From the NCBI GenBank assembly GCA_947627335.1, contig CANQVQ010000001.1:1-49795 (forward strand): a stretch of DNA of 49,795 nucleotides, read 5' to 3'. Each line of letters opens with the position of its first letter. Positions within the stretch are counted from its first letter, which is position 1. Below are positions 28,132-37,406 of this stretch, piece after piece. Source of the DNA: an uncultured Clostridia bacterium. Its GTDB lineage: Bacteria > Bacillota > Clostridia > Oscillospirales > CAG-382. The notes under the pieces are model-generated. The model saw nothing but the letters and a program-made list of their open reading frames with translations. It had not been told where the DNA came from and made no database searches. The translations under genes and the position numbers were made by a program.

Positions 28132-29510
28132 TGGCGGAAAGCCGGAAGAACCGCCTGTATTCCGTGGAGATCACCGGGATCAACCCGGACGGGAACGGCG
28201 TGGGGCGTCTGGAGGACGGAATGGTGGTCTTTGTGCCGCTGACCGCGCCGGGGGACGATGCGGTCGTGCGGATCATCAAGGAAACGAAAAGTTACGCGAT
28301 CGGCAGGCTCGAACGGCTGTCCGCGCCTTCGCCGGACCGTCGGGACCCGCTTTGCCCGGTCTATCGGCGGTGCGGCGGGTGCGTGTTCCGCCATTTGCGC
28401 CCGGAAGCGGAGCGGAACGTCCTGCGGGAGCTGGTTGAGAACGCGTTTCGGCGGATCGGGCATCTCGACGTTTCGGTCGAACCGACGGTTTCCGTCAACG
28501 AGGAGCGCTACCGCAACAAAGTCGTCTATCCGCTTTGCGAGCCGGAGCCGGGTCGTCCGACGTTCGGGTACTATACCCGCCATTCGCACGCGGTGGTCGA
28601 GCACGCGGACTGCCCGCTGCAGGACCCGATTTTCGACCGCATCGCAATGTTTCACGTGAAACAACTTGCCGCTCGCCACGTCCCCGTCTGGAACGATAAG
28701 CGCGGGACCGGGGTCGCACGGCATTTGATGATGCGCCGGAACCGGGACGGGGAAGTGCTGGTCTGTATGGTCGCCGCGAAGCCGTTTCCGCAGGCGCAGA
28801 CGCTCGCGGAGGAGCTTTTGCGGGCATTCCCGGAGGTCGTCGGGGTGTCCCTGAACCTGAACCCGATCCCCGGGAACGCGATCCTGGGGAGCGAAACGCG
28901 AACGCTTGCCGGGGAACCCGTCCTGCGGGACTGTTTGTGCGGGAAAACCTTCTTGCTGTCGCCGACGGCGTTCTACCAAGTCAACGCCGACTGCGCCGAA
29001 GCGCTCTATCGAAAGGCGGCGGAACTGGCGGACCTCCCGGAAAACGGGGTCCTGCTGGATCTGTACTGCGGCGCCGGGACCGTCGGGTTGACCATGGTGC
29101 GTGACGGGCAGAAGCTGCTCGGGGTTGAATTGGTCCCGGAAGCGGTGGAGAATGCCCGCGAAAACGCCCTGCGAAACGGCAGAACGCCGGAAAATACGCG
29201 ATTCGTCTGCGGGGACGCGTCGCTCGGCGTGCGAACCTGCGAAGAATGGTTCGGAAAGCCCGACGTCATCGTCGTGGACCCGCCCCGCAAAGGGCTGTCG
29301 CGGGAGGTCCTCGCGACGCTGCTGTCCGCCGCGCCGGAGCGGATCGTGTACATTTCCTGCAATCCCGCGACGCTCGCGGCGAACTGCGAGACCCTTTGCA
29401 GCGCGGAAGGGGACGTCCGCTACCGCGTGACGTCCGCGACGCCGTTCCATATGTTCCCCTCGACCGGGCACGTGGAGACGGTATGCCTTTTATCAAAACA
29501 TGACGCGTAA
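28131..29510 (+). CDS. rlmD: 23S rRNA (uracil-C5)-methyltransferase, RlmD/RumA family (TRAM + Fe-S + SAM MTase)
   Basis: 459 aa. TGATG overlap with the upstream gene. TRAM-like N-terminus, Cys cluster CPVYRRCGGCVFRHL, SAM motif LDLYCGAGTVGL, DPPRKG, and catalytic YISCNPATL. Confidence 0.88.
   Translation: MAESRKNRLYSVEITGINPDGNGVGRLEDGMVVFVPLTAPGDDAVVRIIKETKSYAIGRLERLSAPSPDRRDPLCPVYRRCGGCVFRHLRPEAERNVLRELVENAFRRIGHLDVSVEPTVSVNEERYRNKVVYPLCEPEPGRPTFGYYTRHSHAVVEHADCPLQDPIFDRIAMFHVKQLAARHVPVWNDKRGTGVARHLMMRRNRDGEVLVCMVAAKPFPQAQTLAEELLRAFPEVVGVSLNLNPIPGNAILGSETRTLAGEPVLRDCLCGKTFLLSPTAFYQVNADCAEALYRKAAELADLPENGVLLDLYCGAGTVGLTMVRDGQKLLGVELVPEAVENARENALRNGRTPENTRFVCGDASLGVRTCEEWFGKPDVIVVDPPRKGLSREVLATLLSAAPERIVYISCNPATLAANCETLCSAEGDVRYRVTSATPFHMFPSTGHVETVCLLSKHDA
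28648..28663. other. parS (ParB/Spo0J centromere-like site), perfect consensus, inside rlmD
   Basis: TGTTTCACGTGAAACA is an exact 16-bp palindrome matching the Firmicute parS consensus TGTTNCACGTGAAACA. Confidence 0.8.
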
Positions 29511-29526
29511 TGTTTCACGTGAAACA
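29511..29526. other. parS (ParB/Spo0J centromere-like site), perfect consensus, intergenic
   Basis: TGTTTCACGTGAAACA begins 1 nt after the rlmD stop. The 18-nt AATGTTTCACGTGAAACA is identical to the copy at 28646-28663. Confidence 0.8.
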
Positions 29527-29611
29527 CTTTGTCCCGGCGGGCAAAAACGACGGGATTTGATCAATGTGCCGCAATTCGCGAAGGATTCGGTCATATTACG
29601 GGGAGAAAACG

Positions 29612-31027
29612 ATGGGAATGAAGAAACGCATCGGAATTTTGGCGTCCGCCGTGCTGCTGTTCGTGACGGCGTGCGCGAATGTCGCTTTACCGCCGGACGC
29701 GCTGAAGGAATCGACGTCCCAGCGGCTGGAGGAGATCGCGAGCGCCCTGCCGCAGACGGACGACTTCCGCGGGACGTCGCTGACCATCCTGACGGCGGAT
29801 GAAGCGGTCGTCAACGGCGACGAGGGCGCCGCTGGGTCCGTTCGGGAGGCATTGCGGAACCGCAACGAGCTGATCCGCACGTCCTACGGCATGGAAGTCA
29901 CGGTCAAAACCGTCCCGGAGGCAGACGTTCTGCAAACGCTGCAAGACGCCCGGCAGGCGGGACTGTCCGCGGGGGACCTGCTCTGCTATTCCGCCGAAAC
30001 GACGGCGAGCCTGTGGGCGGACGGACTGCTGCAGGACCTGACCAAACTGCCGTATTTCTCGCTCGGCGAGTCCTGCTTCGGGGCGGATGCGGCGGAGAAA
30101 CTGCGGACGGGGGACGCGGTGTACCTGCTGCCCGACCCGTCGGCGCAGAGCTATGACGGCACCTATGTGCTGTTCTACGACCGGGAGCTGGCGCGCTCGA
30201 CCGGGCTCCCCCTGCCGGAAGCGCGGGTGACGGACGGCGACTGGACGCTTGAAACGTTCCAACAGTACGCGGAGGCGGTCGCGTCGTCGGTGATGCACAA
30301 GCAGAGCTACGACCTGCAAACCGACGTGTTCGGCTATTCCGCAAAGGACAACACGGGACTGCTGCCGTACCTGCTCTGGTGCGGGACGGACGACGCGCTG
30401 TTTGCGCGGAAGGACGGCGGGAAGACCGACTTCGCATACGACACCGCCGAAACGCTGAAAGAACGCGTCGATCCGCTGCGTGCGGTGTACGGGAGCGCCT
30501 GCCGCAGTCCGCTCGACGGCGACGAAGCGGCGAAGGCGTTTTCCGAGGGGCGGCTGGGCTTCCTGTTCGCGAAATTGGAGGAGATCAAGAATTTCTACGC
30601 CAACGCCACGCGGGAATACGGCATTCTTCCGCTCCCCAAGCGAGAGAAGGCGCAGGAATCCTATCGATGCCCGATCGCCGTGACCGGACGGGTCTTTTCG
30701 GTTCCTTCCGCGGCGTCGGACCGGTCGCGGTGCGGCTTGGGACTGCTCGCGGTCTGTGCCGCCGGCGGCGGACTGCTGCAGGAGGCGGAAGTGCGGACCT
30801 ATGTCACCCTGTATTCGATGGACAACGACCAGACCTGTATGCTGGAGACCCTGCTCGGCTGCGCCGACTTCGATTTCGGCTGGGTGTACGGGACGCAGGA
30901 GCGCACGGTGCGCGGACTGTCCACCGTCCTGATGACCGACGTGCTGGCGAACAACGTATCCTACACAAACGCACTTCGCCCGTATCTCGACGGATTCCGA
31001 CAGTATGCGCAGGAAAATTTCTCCTGA
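29612..31027 (+). CDS. Putative lipoprotein, solute-binding-protein-like
   Basis: 471 aa. Signal peptide with lipobox-like LFVTAC. GGGGAG RBS. Overall resemblance to family-1 extracellular solute-binding proteins, with no adjacent permease genes. Confidence 0.5.
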   Translation: MGMKKRIGILASAVLLFVTACANVALPPDALKESTSQRLEEIASALPQTDDFRGTSLTILTADEAVVNGDEGAAGSVREALRNRNELIRTSYGMEVTVKTVPEADVLQTLQDARQAGLSAGDLLCYSAETTASLWADGLLQDLTKLPYFSLGESCFGADAAEKLRTGDAVYLLPDPSAQSYDGTYVLFYDRELARSTGLPLPEARVTDGDWTLETFQQYAEAVASSVMHKQSYDLQTDVFGYSAKDNTGLLPYLLWCGTDDALFARKDGGKTDFAYDTAETLKERVDPLRAVYGSACRSPLDGDEAAKAFSEGRLGFLFAKLEEIKNFYANATREYGILPLPKREKAQESYRCPIAVTGRVFSVPSAASDRSRCGLGLLAVCAAGGGLLQEAEVRTYVTLYSMDNDQTCMLETLLGCADFDFGWVYGTQERTVRGLSTVLMTDVLANNVSYTNALRPYLDGFRQYAQENFS

Positions 31028-31044
31028 TTTCCCCGTCGAAACCC

Positions 31045-31073
31045 TTGACGAACGCGGGAGGTTGTGCTAAAAT
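31045..31073 (+). promoter_or_regulatory. pgk-tpiA promoter
   Basis: TTGACG-17 nt-TAAAAT with a TGc extended -10. Confidence 0.65.
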
Positions 31074-31116
31074 GGAAAGGCAAAGAGAGAATACCGAAAA
31101 AAGGAGAAATGAAAAC

Positions 31117-32322
31117 ATGAATGCAAAGAAAACCGTAGAAGACCTTCAGGTCGCCGGCAAGCGGGTTCTGGTCCGCTGCGACTTCAACGTTCCGACCAAG
31201 AACGGCGTGATCACCGACGACACGCGGATCGTCGCCGCTCTGCCGACCATCGAATACCTGATCCGGCAGAACGCGAAGGTCATTCTCTGCTCCCATATGG
31301 GCAAGCCGAAGGGGCAGCCGCTGCCGGAGTACTCCCTCGCACCGGTCGCGAAGCGTCTAGAGGAGAAGCTCGGCAAGCCCGTCGTGTTCGCTGCGGACGA
31401 CAACGTCGTGGGCGAGCAGGCGAAGGCGGCGGTCGCCGCGATGCAGGACGGCGACGTCGTCCTGCTGCAAAACACCCGCTACCGTGCGGAGGAGACCAAA
31501 AACGTCGAGACGTTCTCGAAGGAGCTTGCTTCCCTCGCGGATCTGTTCGTCAACGACGCGTTCGGCGCGGCGCACCGTGCGCACTGCTCGACGGTCGGCG
31601 TGGCGTCCTTCGTGAAGGAATCCGCCAACGGGTACCTGATGGCGAAGGAAGTCAAATTCCTCGGCGACGCGGTCAACAACCCGGTCCGCCCGTTCGTCTG
31701 CATCCTCGGCGGGGCGAAGGTCGCGGACAAGCTCAACGTCATTTCCAACCTGCTGACCAAGGCGGACACGCTTATCATCGGCGGCGGCATGGCGTATACC
31801 TTCCTCAAGGCGCAGGGGCATTCCATCGGCACGTCGCTGGTTGACGACGAAAAGCTGGACTACTGCCGCGAAATGCTGGAAAAAGCCAAGGCGAACGGGG
31901 TCAAACTGCTGCTCCCGGTCGATACGGTCTGCGCTTCCGCGTTCCCGAACCCGATCGACGCGCAAATCGAAACGGTCACGGTCGCGTCCGACGCGATCCC
32001 GGCGGACATGATGGGGCTGGACATCGGTCCGAAGACTCGCGAACTGTTCGCGCAGGAGATCGCAAACGCAAAGACCGTGGTCTGGAACGGCCCGATGGGC
32101 GTGTTTGAAAACCCGATCCTCGCGGAAGGCACGATCGCGATCGCGAAGGCGATGGCGGAAGCGGACGCGACGACCATCATCGGCGGCGGCGATTCGGCGG
32201 CGGCGGTCAACTCGCTCGGCTTCGGCGCCAAGATGACCCACATCTCCACCGGCGGCGGGGCTTCGCTGGAGTACCTCGAGGGGATCGAACTGCCCGGCAT
32301 CGCCGCTATGACGGATAAATAA
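31117..32322 (+). CDS. pgk: Phosphoglycerate kinase
   Basis: 401 aa from ATG 31117 (AAGGAG RBS). Motifs [38 protein letters not shown]. Confidence 0.96.
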   Translation: MNAKKTVEDLQVAGKRVLVRCDFNVPTKNGVITDDTRIVAALPTIEYLIRQNAKVILCSHMGKPKGQPLPEYSLAPVAKRLEEKLGKPVVFAADDNVVGEQAKAAVAAMQDGDVVLLQNTRYRAEETKNVETFSKELASLADLFVNDAFGAAHRAHCSTVGVASFVKESANGYLMAKEVKFLGDAVNNPVRPFVCILGGAKVADKLNVISNLLTKADTLIIGGGMAYTFLKAQGHSIGTSLVDDEKLDYCREMLEKAKANGVKLLLPVDTVCASAFPNPIDAQIETVTVASDAIPADMMGLDIGPKTRELFAQEIANAKTVVWNGPMGVFENPILAEGTIAIAKAMAEADATTIIGGGDSAAAVNSLGFGAKMTHISTGGGASLEYLEGIELPGIAAMTDK

Positions 32323-32344
32323 TTAAGGAAAGAAGGACTTTCTC

Positions 32345-33118
32345 ATGAATAAAGCGACACGCAAGGCGGTCATCGCCGGCAACTGGAAAATGAACAAGAC
32401 GCCCGCCGAGGCGACCGAACTGATCTCCGCGATCCTTCAGGCGAACGAAGGCGCGGACAACAGCGGCTGCACCGTCGTCGCGTGCGTCCCGTATGTGGAC
32501 ATTGACGCGGCGGTGAAGGCGGCGAAGGGCACGTTCCTGAAGATCGGTGCGGAGAACTGCCACTGGGAAAAGAGCGGCGCGTACACCGGCGAGATCTCGG
32601 CGGATATGCTGGTCGCGTGCGGCGTGGAATACGTCATCATCGGGCACTCCGAGCGCCGTCAGTACTTCGGCGAGACTGATCTGACCGTCAACCGTCGCGT
32701 CAAGGCGGCGCTGGAAGCCGGACTGAAGGTGATCCTGTGCGTCGGCGAGCTGCTGGAGCAGCGCGAGCAGGGCATCACGTCGGAGATCATCTCCATGCAG
32801 GTCAAGATCGACCTGGCGGGCGTGACCGCCGAAGAAATGGCAAACGTCATCATCGCGTACGAGCCGGTCTGGGCGATCGGCACCGGCAAAACCGCGACGG
32901 CGGAACAGGCGGACGAGGTCTGCGGCGGGATCCGTGCGACCCTCGCGCAGCTGTACGGTCCCGCGCTCGCGGAAGCGACGACGATCCAGTACGGCGGTTC
33001 CATGAACGCGAAGAACTGCGCGGAACTGTTGGGCAAGGTCAACGTGGACGGCGGTCTGATCGGCGGCGCCGCGCTCAAGGCGCCGGACTTCACGACCATC
33101 ATTTCGGCTGCCCGCTGA
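32345..33118 (+). CDS. tpiA: Triose-phosphate isomerase
   Basis: 257 aa. Motifs IAGNWKMNK, IIGHSERR, AYEPVWAIGTGKTA, YGGS. Confidence 0.96.
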   Translation: MNKATRKAVIAGNWKMNKTPAEATELISAILQANEGADNSGCTVVACVPYVDIDAAVKAAKGTFLKIGAENCHWEKSGAYTGEISADMLVACGVEYVIIGHSERRQYFGETDLTVNRRVKAALEAGLKVILCVGELLEQREQGITSEIISMQVKIDLAGVTAEEMANVIIAYEPVWAIGTGKTATAEQADEVCGGIRATLAQLYGPALAEATTIQYGGSMNAKNCAELLGKVNVDGGLIGGAALKAPDFTTIISAAR

Positions 33119-33140
33119 CGGGATGCGTTCGGAACGACCG

Positions 33141-33170
33141 AAAAGGGGGAGGTTCGCCTCTCCCTTTTTC
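33141..33170 (+). terminator. Intrinsic terminator after tpiA
   Basis: 8-bp stem (33145-33152 / 33157-33164, one G:U pair) with a TTCG tetraloop, followed by T5. Confidence 0.75.
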
Positions 33171-33272
33171 CGTCGGACGGTCGGAGGAACCGGCAAAATG
33201 CGAACTTTCGCCGCAAAACAGCCAAAAAAGTGCGGAATAACGCAAAAATTCAAATTTTTTTCGCACGACCCC

Positions 33273-33301
33273 TTGACAAACGGCGTATGCTGTGGTAAGA
33301 T
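33273..33301 (+). promoter_or_regulatory. Promoter of the arsR-HMA-ATPase-capA operon
   Basis: TTGACA-17 nt-TAAGAT with a TGg extended -10. Confidence 0.65.
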
Positions 33302-33318
33302 ACAGTAAAACAAATGCA

Positions 33319-33332
33319 CAATTGCTCAATTG
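33319..33332 (+). promoter_or_regulatory. Candidate ArsR/SmtB operator (CAATTG-ct-CAATTG)
   Basis: Two palindromic hexamers lie between the -10 box and the RBS, a typical position for a metalloregulator operator. There is no sequence-family proof. Confidence 0.3.
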
Positions 33333-33356
33333 ACGAGGTTTTGAAGGAGGCACACG

Positions 33357-33710
33357 ATGGAGGAAGCGGGCTATCTGCGAATCGACGGCGAACAGGCGAA
33401 AACGGCGAGGGAGGCGCTGCCGGACGGACCGACCATGATCGCGTTGGCGGAGCTTTACAAGCTGTTCGGCGACGGGACCCGGCTGGGGATCCTGGCGCTG
33501 CTCTGCCGCGAGGAGCTTTGCGTCTACGACATCGCACGGATCCTCTCCATGACGGACTCCGCGGTTTCCCACCAACTGCGGATCCTGCGGCAGGGGCGGT
33601 TGATCCGTTCCCGCCGGGAGGGAAAGACCGTCGTCTACTCCCTCGCCGACGAGCACGTGCGGCATTTGATCCGTACCGGGCTGGAACACGTTTCGGAAGA
33701 GATCCGTTAA
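33357..33710 (+). CDS. ArsR/SmtB-family metal-sensing repressor (CadC-like)
   Basis: 117 aa. ELCVYDIA (cf. the ELCVCDL metal site) and winged-helix motif DSAVSHQLRILRQGRLI. Confidence 0.88.
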   Translation: MEEAGYLRIDGEQAKTAREALPDGPTMIALAELYKLFGDGTRLGILALLCREELCVYDIARILSMTDSAVSHQLRILRQGRLIRSRREGKTVVYSLADEHVRHLIRTGLEHVSEEIR

Positions 33711-33732
33711 ACAGGAAAGGAAGGCAACGAAC

Positions 33733-33954
33733 ATGAAAAAAACGTTTGAACTCGAAGACCTCGACTGCGCGAACTGCGCGGCGAAGATGGAGGCGGCGAT
33801 CCGCAAGATCGACGGCGTGAAGGACGCGACGGTCAGCTATATCGCACAAAAGCTGACGCTGGAGGCGGACGACGGCAGGTTTGAGGAGATCCTCAAGGAG
33901 GTCGTCAAAGTCTGCAAGGCGGTCGAGCCGGACTGCACGATCTTGCTGAAGTAA
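33733..33954 (+). CDS. Small heavy-metal-associated (HMA-like) metal-binding protein
   Basis: 73 aa with a LEDLDCANCAAKME CxxC motif, as in Zn/Cd ATPase N-terminal domains. Confidence 0.8.
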   Translation: MKKTFELEDLDCANCAAKMEAAIRKIDGVKDATVSYIAQKLTLEADDGRFEEILKEVVKVCKAVEPDCTILLK

Positions 33955-33978
33955 CCGTCCGCGGAAAGGGGTATCCCC

Positions 33979-35904
33979 ATGAAAACAATGAGCAAAAAAC
34001 AGCGGAAGATGCTGGTTCGCATCCTCGTCGCGGGGGGGATATTCCTGCCGCTGCTGGCGCTGGAGATCACCGGCGTCAGCGAGGCGTGGCCGTGGTATAT
34101 CGCGCTTCCGGTCCATGTGGTCCCGTACCTGATCGTCGGGTATGACGTGCTTCGGAAAGCGGTGCGGAATATCTGTCACGGGCAGGTATTCGACGAGAAC
34201 TTCCTGATGTGCCTCGCGACGGTGGGCGCGATCGCCGTACAGGAGTACCCGGAAGCGGTCGAAGTCATGCTGCTCTTCCAGATCGGCGAGCTTTTGCAGG
34301 GCGTCGCCGTCGGCAAGAGCCGTCGTTCGGTCAGCGACCTGATGGACATTCGCCCGGACTACGCGAACGTGGAGCGGAACGGCGAATTGCAGAAAGCGGA
34401 CCCGGGTGACGTGCAGGTCGGGGAGATCATTCTTGTCAAGCCGGGCGAGAAGATCCCGCTCGACGGCGTCGTGGTCGAAGGGACCAGCAACCTCGACACG
34501 GCCACGCTGACCGGGGAATCCCTGCCGCGTCCGGTCTCGGCGGGGGACGAATTGATCTCCGGCTGCGTCAACATGAACGGTGCGCTCCGGGCACGCGTGA
34601 CCAAGCCGTACGGCGAATCGACGGTCGCACGGATCCTGGACCTGGTGGAGAACGCTTCCTCCGCGAAGGCGAAGAGCGAGGGGTTCATCACCCGGTTTGC
34701 GCGGTACTATACCCCGGCGGTGGTGGTGCTTGCGGTCCTGCTGGCGGTGGTCCCGCCGCTGTTTCTGGGGGATTGGTCGACGTGGGTGCGGCTCGCGCTG
34801 ACCTGCCTTGTGGTCTCCTGCCCGTGCGCGCTCGTGATCTCGGTGCCGCTGACCTTTTTCGCCGGCATCGGCGGGGCGGCACGCAAGGGGATCCTCGTCA
34901 AGGGCGCGAACTGGCTGGAAGAGCTTGCCAAGGTGCAGACGGTCGTGTTCGACAAGACCGGCACGCTGACGAGCGGTCGGTTCACGGTCACGGTCGTCCA
35001 CCCGGACCATATGTCCGAACAGGAACTGCTCTCCCTCGCCGCGACGGCGGAATGCTACTCCGATCACCCGATCTCCCTCTCGCTCAAGCAGGCGTATAAG
35101 AAGGAGATCGACCGCACGCGGGTGTCCTCCGTCGAGGAACTCGCCGGGCGGGGCGTCTGCGCGGTCATCGACGGGAAACGGGTGCTGGTCGGCAACGAAC
35201 GGCTCATGGAGGAGCAGTCCGTCACGCGGACGCCCTGCTGTCACGGACAGCATCGCGGTACGCTGGTGCACGTCGCGGTGGAGGGCGTATATGCCGGACA
35301 CGTCGAGATCTGCGACGAACTCAAGCCGGACGCGGTGGACACGATCCGCCTGCTGCGTCCGCGCAGGACCGTCCTGCTGACCGGCGACCACGCGACGGTC
35401 GGGGAGGAAGTCGCCGCCCGGCTCGGCGTCGACGAGGTGCATTGCGATCTGCTGCCGGCGGATAAGGTCGCCCGCGTGGAGGAACTGCTGCGGCAGAAGA
35501 GCGCGTCCTCTTCGCTTGCGTTCGTCGGCGACGGCATCAACGACGCGCCCGTGCTGTCCCGTGCGGACGTCGGGATCGCGATGGGGGCGCTCGGTTCGGA
35601 CGCCGCGATCGAAGCGGCGGACGTCGTGCTGATGGACGACAGACCGTCGAAGGTCGCGACCGCGATCCGCGCTTCCCGCCGGACCCTGCGCATCGTGCGG
35701 GAGAACGTGGTGTTCTCGCTCGCCATCAAGATCGGCGTTCTCGCCGCGGAGGTCGTCATGACCATCGTCGGGCTCGAAAGCAATATGACGCTCGCGGCGT
35801 TCGCCGACGTGGGCGTGCTGGTGCTGGCCGTCCTGAACGCGACGCGTGCGCTGCGGGTCAAACCGGCGGAAAACCTCCGCGAAAGGAAGGAAAAAACGGC
35901 GTGA
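33979..35904 (+). CDS. Heavy-metal (Zn/Cd-type, P1B) translocating P-type ATPase
   Basis: 641 aa. CPC in SCPCALVISVP, DKTGTLT phosphorylation site, TGD, GDGINDAP hinge. No fused N-terminal HMA domain. Confidence 0.92.
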   Translation: MKTMSKKQRKMLVRILVAGGIFLPLLALEITGVSEAWPWYIALPVHVVPYLIVGYDVLRKAVRNICHGQVFDENFLMCLATVGAIAVQEYPEAVEVMLLFQIGELLQGVAVGKSRRSVSDLMDIRPDYANVERNGELQKADPGDVQVGEIILVKPGEKIPLDGVVVEGTSNLDTATLTGESLPRPVSAGDELISGCVNMNGALRARVTKPYGESTVARILDLVENASSAKAKSEGFITRFARYYTPAVVVLAVLLAVVPPLFLGDWSTWVRLALTCLVVSCPCALVISVPLTFFAGIGGAARKGILVKGANWLEELAKVQTVVFDKTGTLTSGRFTVTVVHPDHMSEQELLSLAATAECYSDHPISLSLKQAYKKEIDRTRVSSVEELAGRGVCAVIDGKRVLVGNERLMEEQSVTRTPCCHGQHRGTLVHVAVEGVYAGHVEICDELKPDAVDTIRLLRPRRTVLLTGDHATVGEEVAARLGVDEVHCDLLPADKVARVEELLRQKSASSSLAFVGDGINDAPVLSRADVGIAMGALGSDAAIEAADVVLMDDRPSKVATAIRASRRTLRIVRENVVFSLAIKIGVLAAEVVMTIVGLESNMTLAAFADVGVLVLAVLNATRALRVKPAENLRERKEKTA

Positions 35905-37223
35905 AAACCGTCAAACTGCGGATCCTTTCCCTGTTTTCCCTGCTGCTCGCGCTGCTGTTCGGTCTGCGGAGCCTGCCAGCGCTGCACGCCGCGGACCGAA
36001 CGCCTGCAAAGCGGGCGGACGCGGTGCTGGAAGCGCTGGGGGCGGAACTGCCGCCGGACGTGGATCGGGCGTTCCTGCAATACGTCGGAAAAACCTACGG
36101 CGCGGACGTGCTGGACGAACTGGCGGAAAAAACGACCTATACGGACGGCGTGTGGGACGAACTGACCGGCAATTCCCTGCACGTCCTGCGCTCGCTGTAC
36201 CGCGAGGAACCGACGAACGCGGACAACGTCCGCCTGCTCAGCACCGGGGAGCGCGGGACGCGGAAAACCACCGTCATGACCTTCGGCGGGGACATCTGTT
36301 TTGCGGATAACTACGTCGTCATGCAGCACTTGAAAACCACGGAAAACGGGCTGTTCGACTGCATCGACCCGCGTTGGGCGGACGAGATGCGTGCGGCGGA
36401 CATCGCCGTGCTCAACAACGAATTCTCTATCTCCGACCGGGGCGCGCCGCTCTCCGGCAAGATGTATACCTTCCGGGCGGACCCGTCGCACACGTCGCTT
36501 TACGGCGAACTCGGGGTGGATTTCGTCACCCTCGCGAACAACCACGCCTTTGACTTCGGGAGGGACGCGTTCCTCGACACCATGGATTCCCTGCGGGAGA
36601 ACGGCGTGGATTACGCGGGCGGCGGACGGAACGCCGAAGAGGCGCAAAGACCGTTCTATTACCTCGTCAACGGGCGAAAGATCGCGTTCGTTTCCGCGAC
36701 GCGTGCGGAAAAGAACATCATGACCCCGGAAGCGGGGACGGATTCTCCCGGCGTGTTCCGCTGTTACGACCCGGAACGGCTCAAGCAGGTCCTCGCGGAG
36801 GCGAAGTCGTGCAGCGATTACGTCGTGCTGTTCGTCCATTGGGGGACCGAACATACCGACGTGCTCGAGCCGGTCCAGAAGACCACCGCCCACGAATACA
36901 TCGACGCAGGCGCTGACCTGATCGTCGGCGCCCACGCGCACCAGCTGCAGGGCATCGAGTTCTACAAGGGGAAGGCGATTTTCTACAATCTCGGCAATTT
37001 CTGGTTCGACGATCACGAGGACGTCGAAACCGGATTGGTCCGCTTGGAGCTTTCGCCGGACGGCGGGGAGACTTTCCGGTTCCTGCCGGGCGTGCAGACC
37101 GACTGCAAAACCTCCTACGAGTGCGGCACCGTGCGGGGACGCGAGGTGCTCGACCATCTCGCCGGCTATCTGCCGGGCATCCGCATCGACGACGACGGAC
37201 GGGTCACGCCCGCGGACCCGTAA
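35901..37223 (+). CDS. CapA-family (PGA_cap, metallophosphatase-fold) secreted protein
   Basis: 440 aa. GTG start overlaps the ATPase stop (GTGA). Signal peptide, and motifs FGGDICF, TLANNHAFDFG, VHWGTEH, GAHAH. Confidence 0.85.
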   Translation: MKTVKLRILSLFSLLLALLFGLRSLPALHAADRTPAKRADAVLEALGAELPPDVDRAFLQYVGKTYGADVLDELAEKTTYTDGVWDELTGNSLHVLRSLYREEPTNADNVRLLSTGERGTRKTTVMTFGGDICFADNYVVMQHLKTTENGLFDCIDPRWADEMRAADIAVLNNEFSISDRGAPLSGKMYTFRADPSHTSLYGELGVDFVTLANNHAFDFGRDAFLDTMDSLRENGVDYAGGGRNAEEAQRPFYYLVNGRKIAFVSATRAEKNIMTPEAGTDSPGVFRCYDPERLKQVLAEAKSCSDYVVLFVHWGTEHTDVLEPVQKTTAHEYIDAGADLIVGAHAHQLQGIEFYKGKAIFYNLGNFWFDDHEDVETGLVRLELSPDGGETFRFLPGVQTDCKTSYECGTVRGREVLDHLAGYLPGIRIDDDGRVTPADP

Positions 37224-37234
37224 AAACGCAAAAA

Positions 37235-37277
37235 GGCGATCGATTAGCCGGTTCGGCGGTCGGTCGCCCCTTTTTTT
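37235..37277 (+). terminator. Strong intrinsic terminator after capA
   Basis: Long GC-rich stem 37235-37268 (a few G:U pairs) followed by T7. Confidence 0.85.
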
Positions 37278-37310
37278 ACAATTTTTTTACGGCGAGAGGG
37301 GGAAAACCGG

Positions 37311-37339
37311 TTGCAATTCCCGAACGGATATGCTATAAT
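37311..37339 (+). promoter_or_regulatory. Promoter of the cotH-VTC-DUF4956 operon
   Basis: TTGCAA-17 nt-TATAAT with a TGc extended -10. Confidence 0.7.
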
Positions 37340-37406
37340 ACAACGTCTTTGAAACCTTTGGATTTTCTTGGAATTTTTGCGGAATGCGGAGGGAGGCGCG
37401 TCGCGG

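Noticed and set aside
27201-29510. 769-aa plus ORF, and likewise 30379..32322 (647 aa)
   Set aside because: Only the 3' portions are genes: rlmD from 28131 and pgk from 31117, each with its own RBS. The 5' extensions overlap the rnfD-like and lipoprotein genes in other frames.
33250-37157. Long minus-strand ORFs 33250..35442 (730 aa) and 35241..37157 (638 aa)
   Set aside because: They are antisense to the arsR/HMA/P-type ATPase/capA genes, which carry CPC, DKTGT and PGA_cap motifs. Shadow ORFs.
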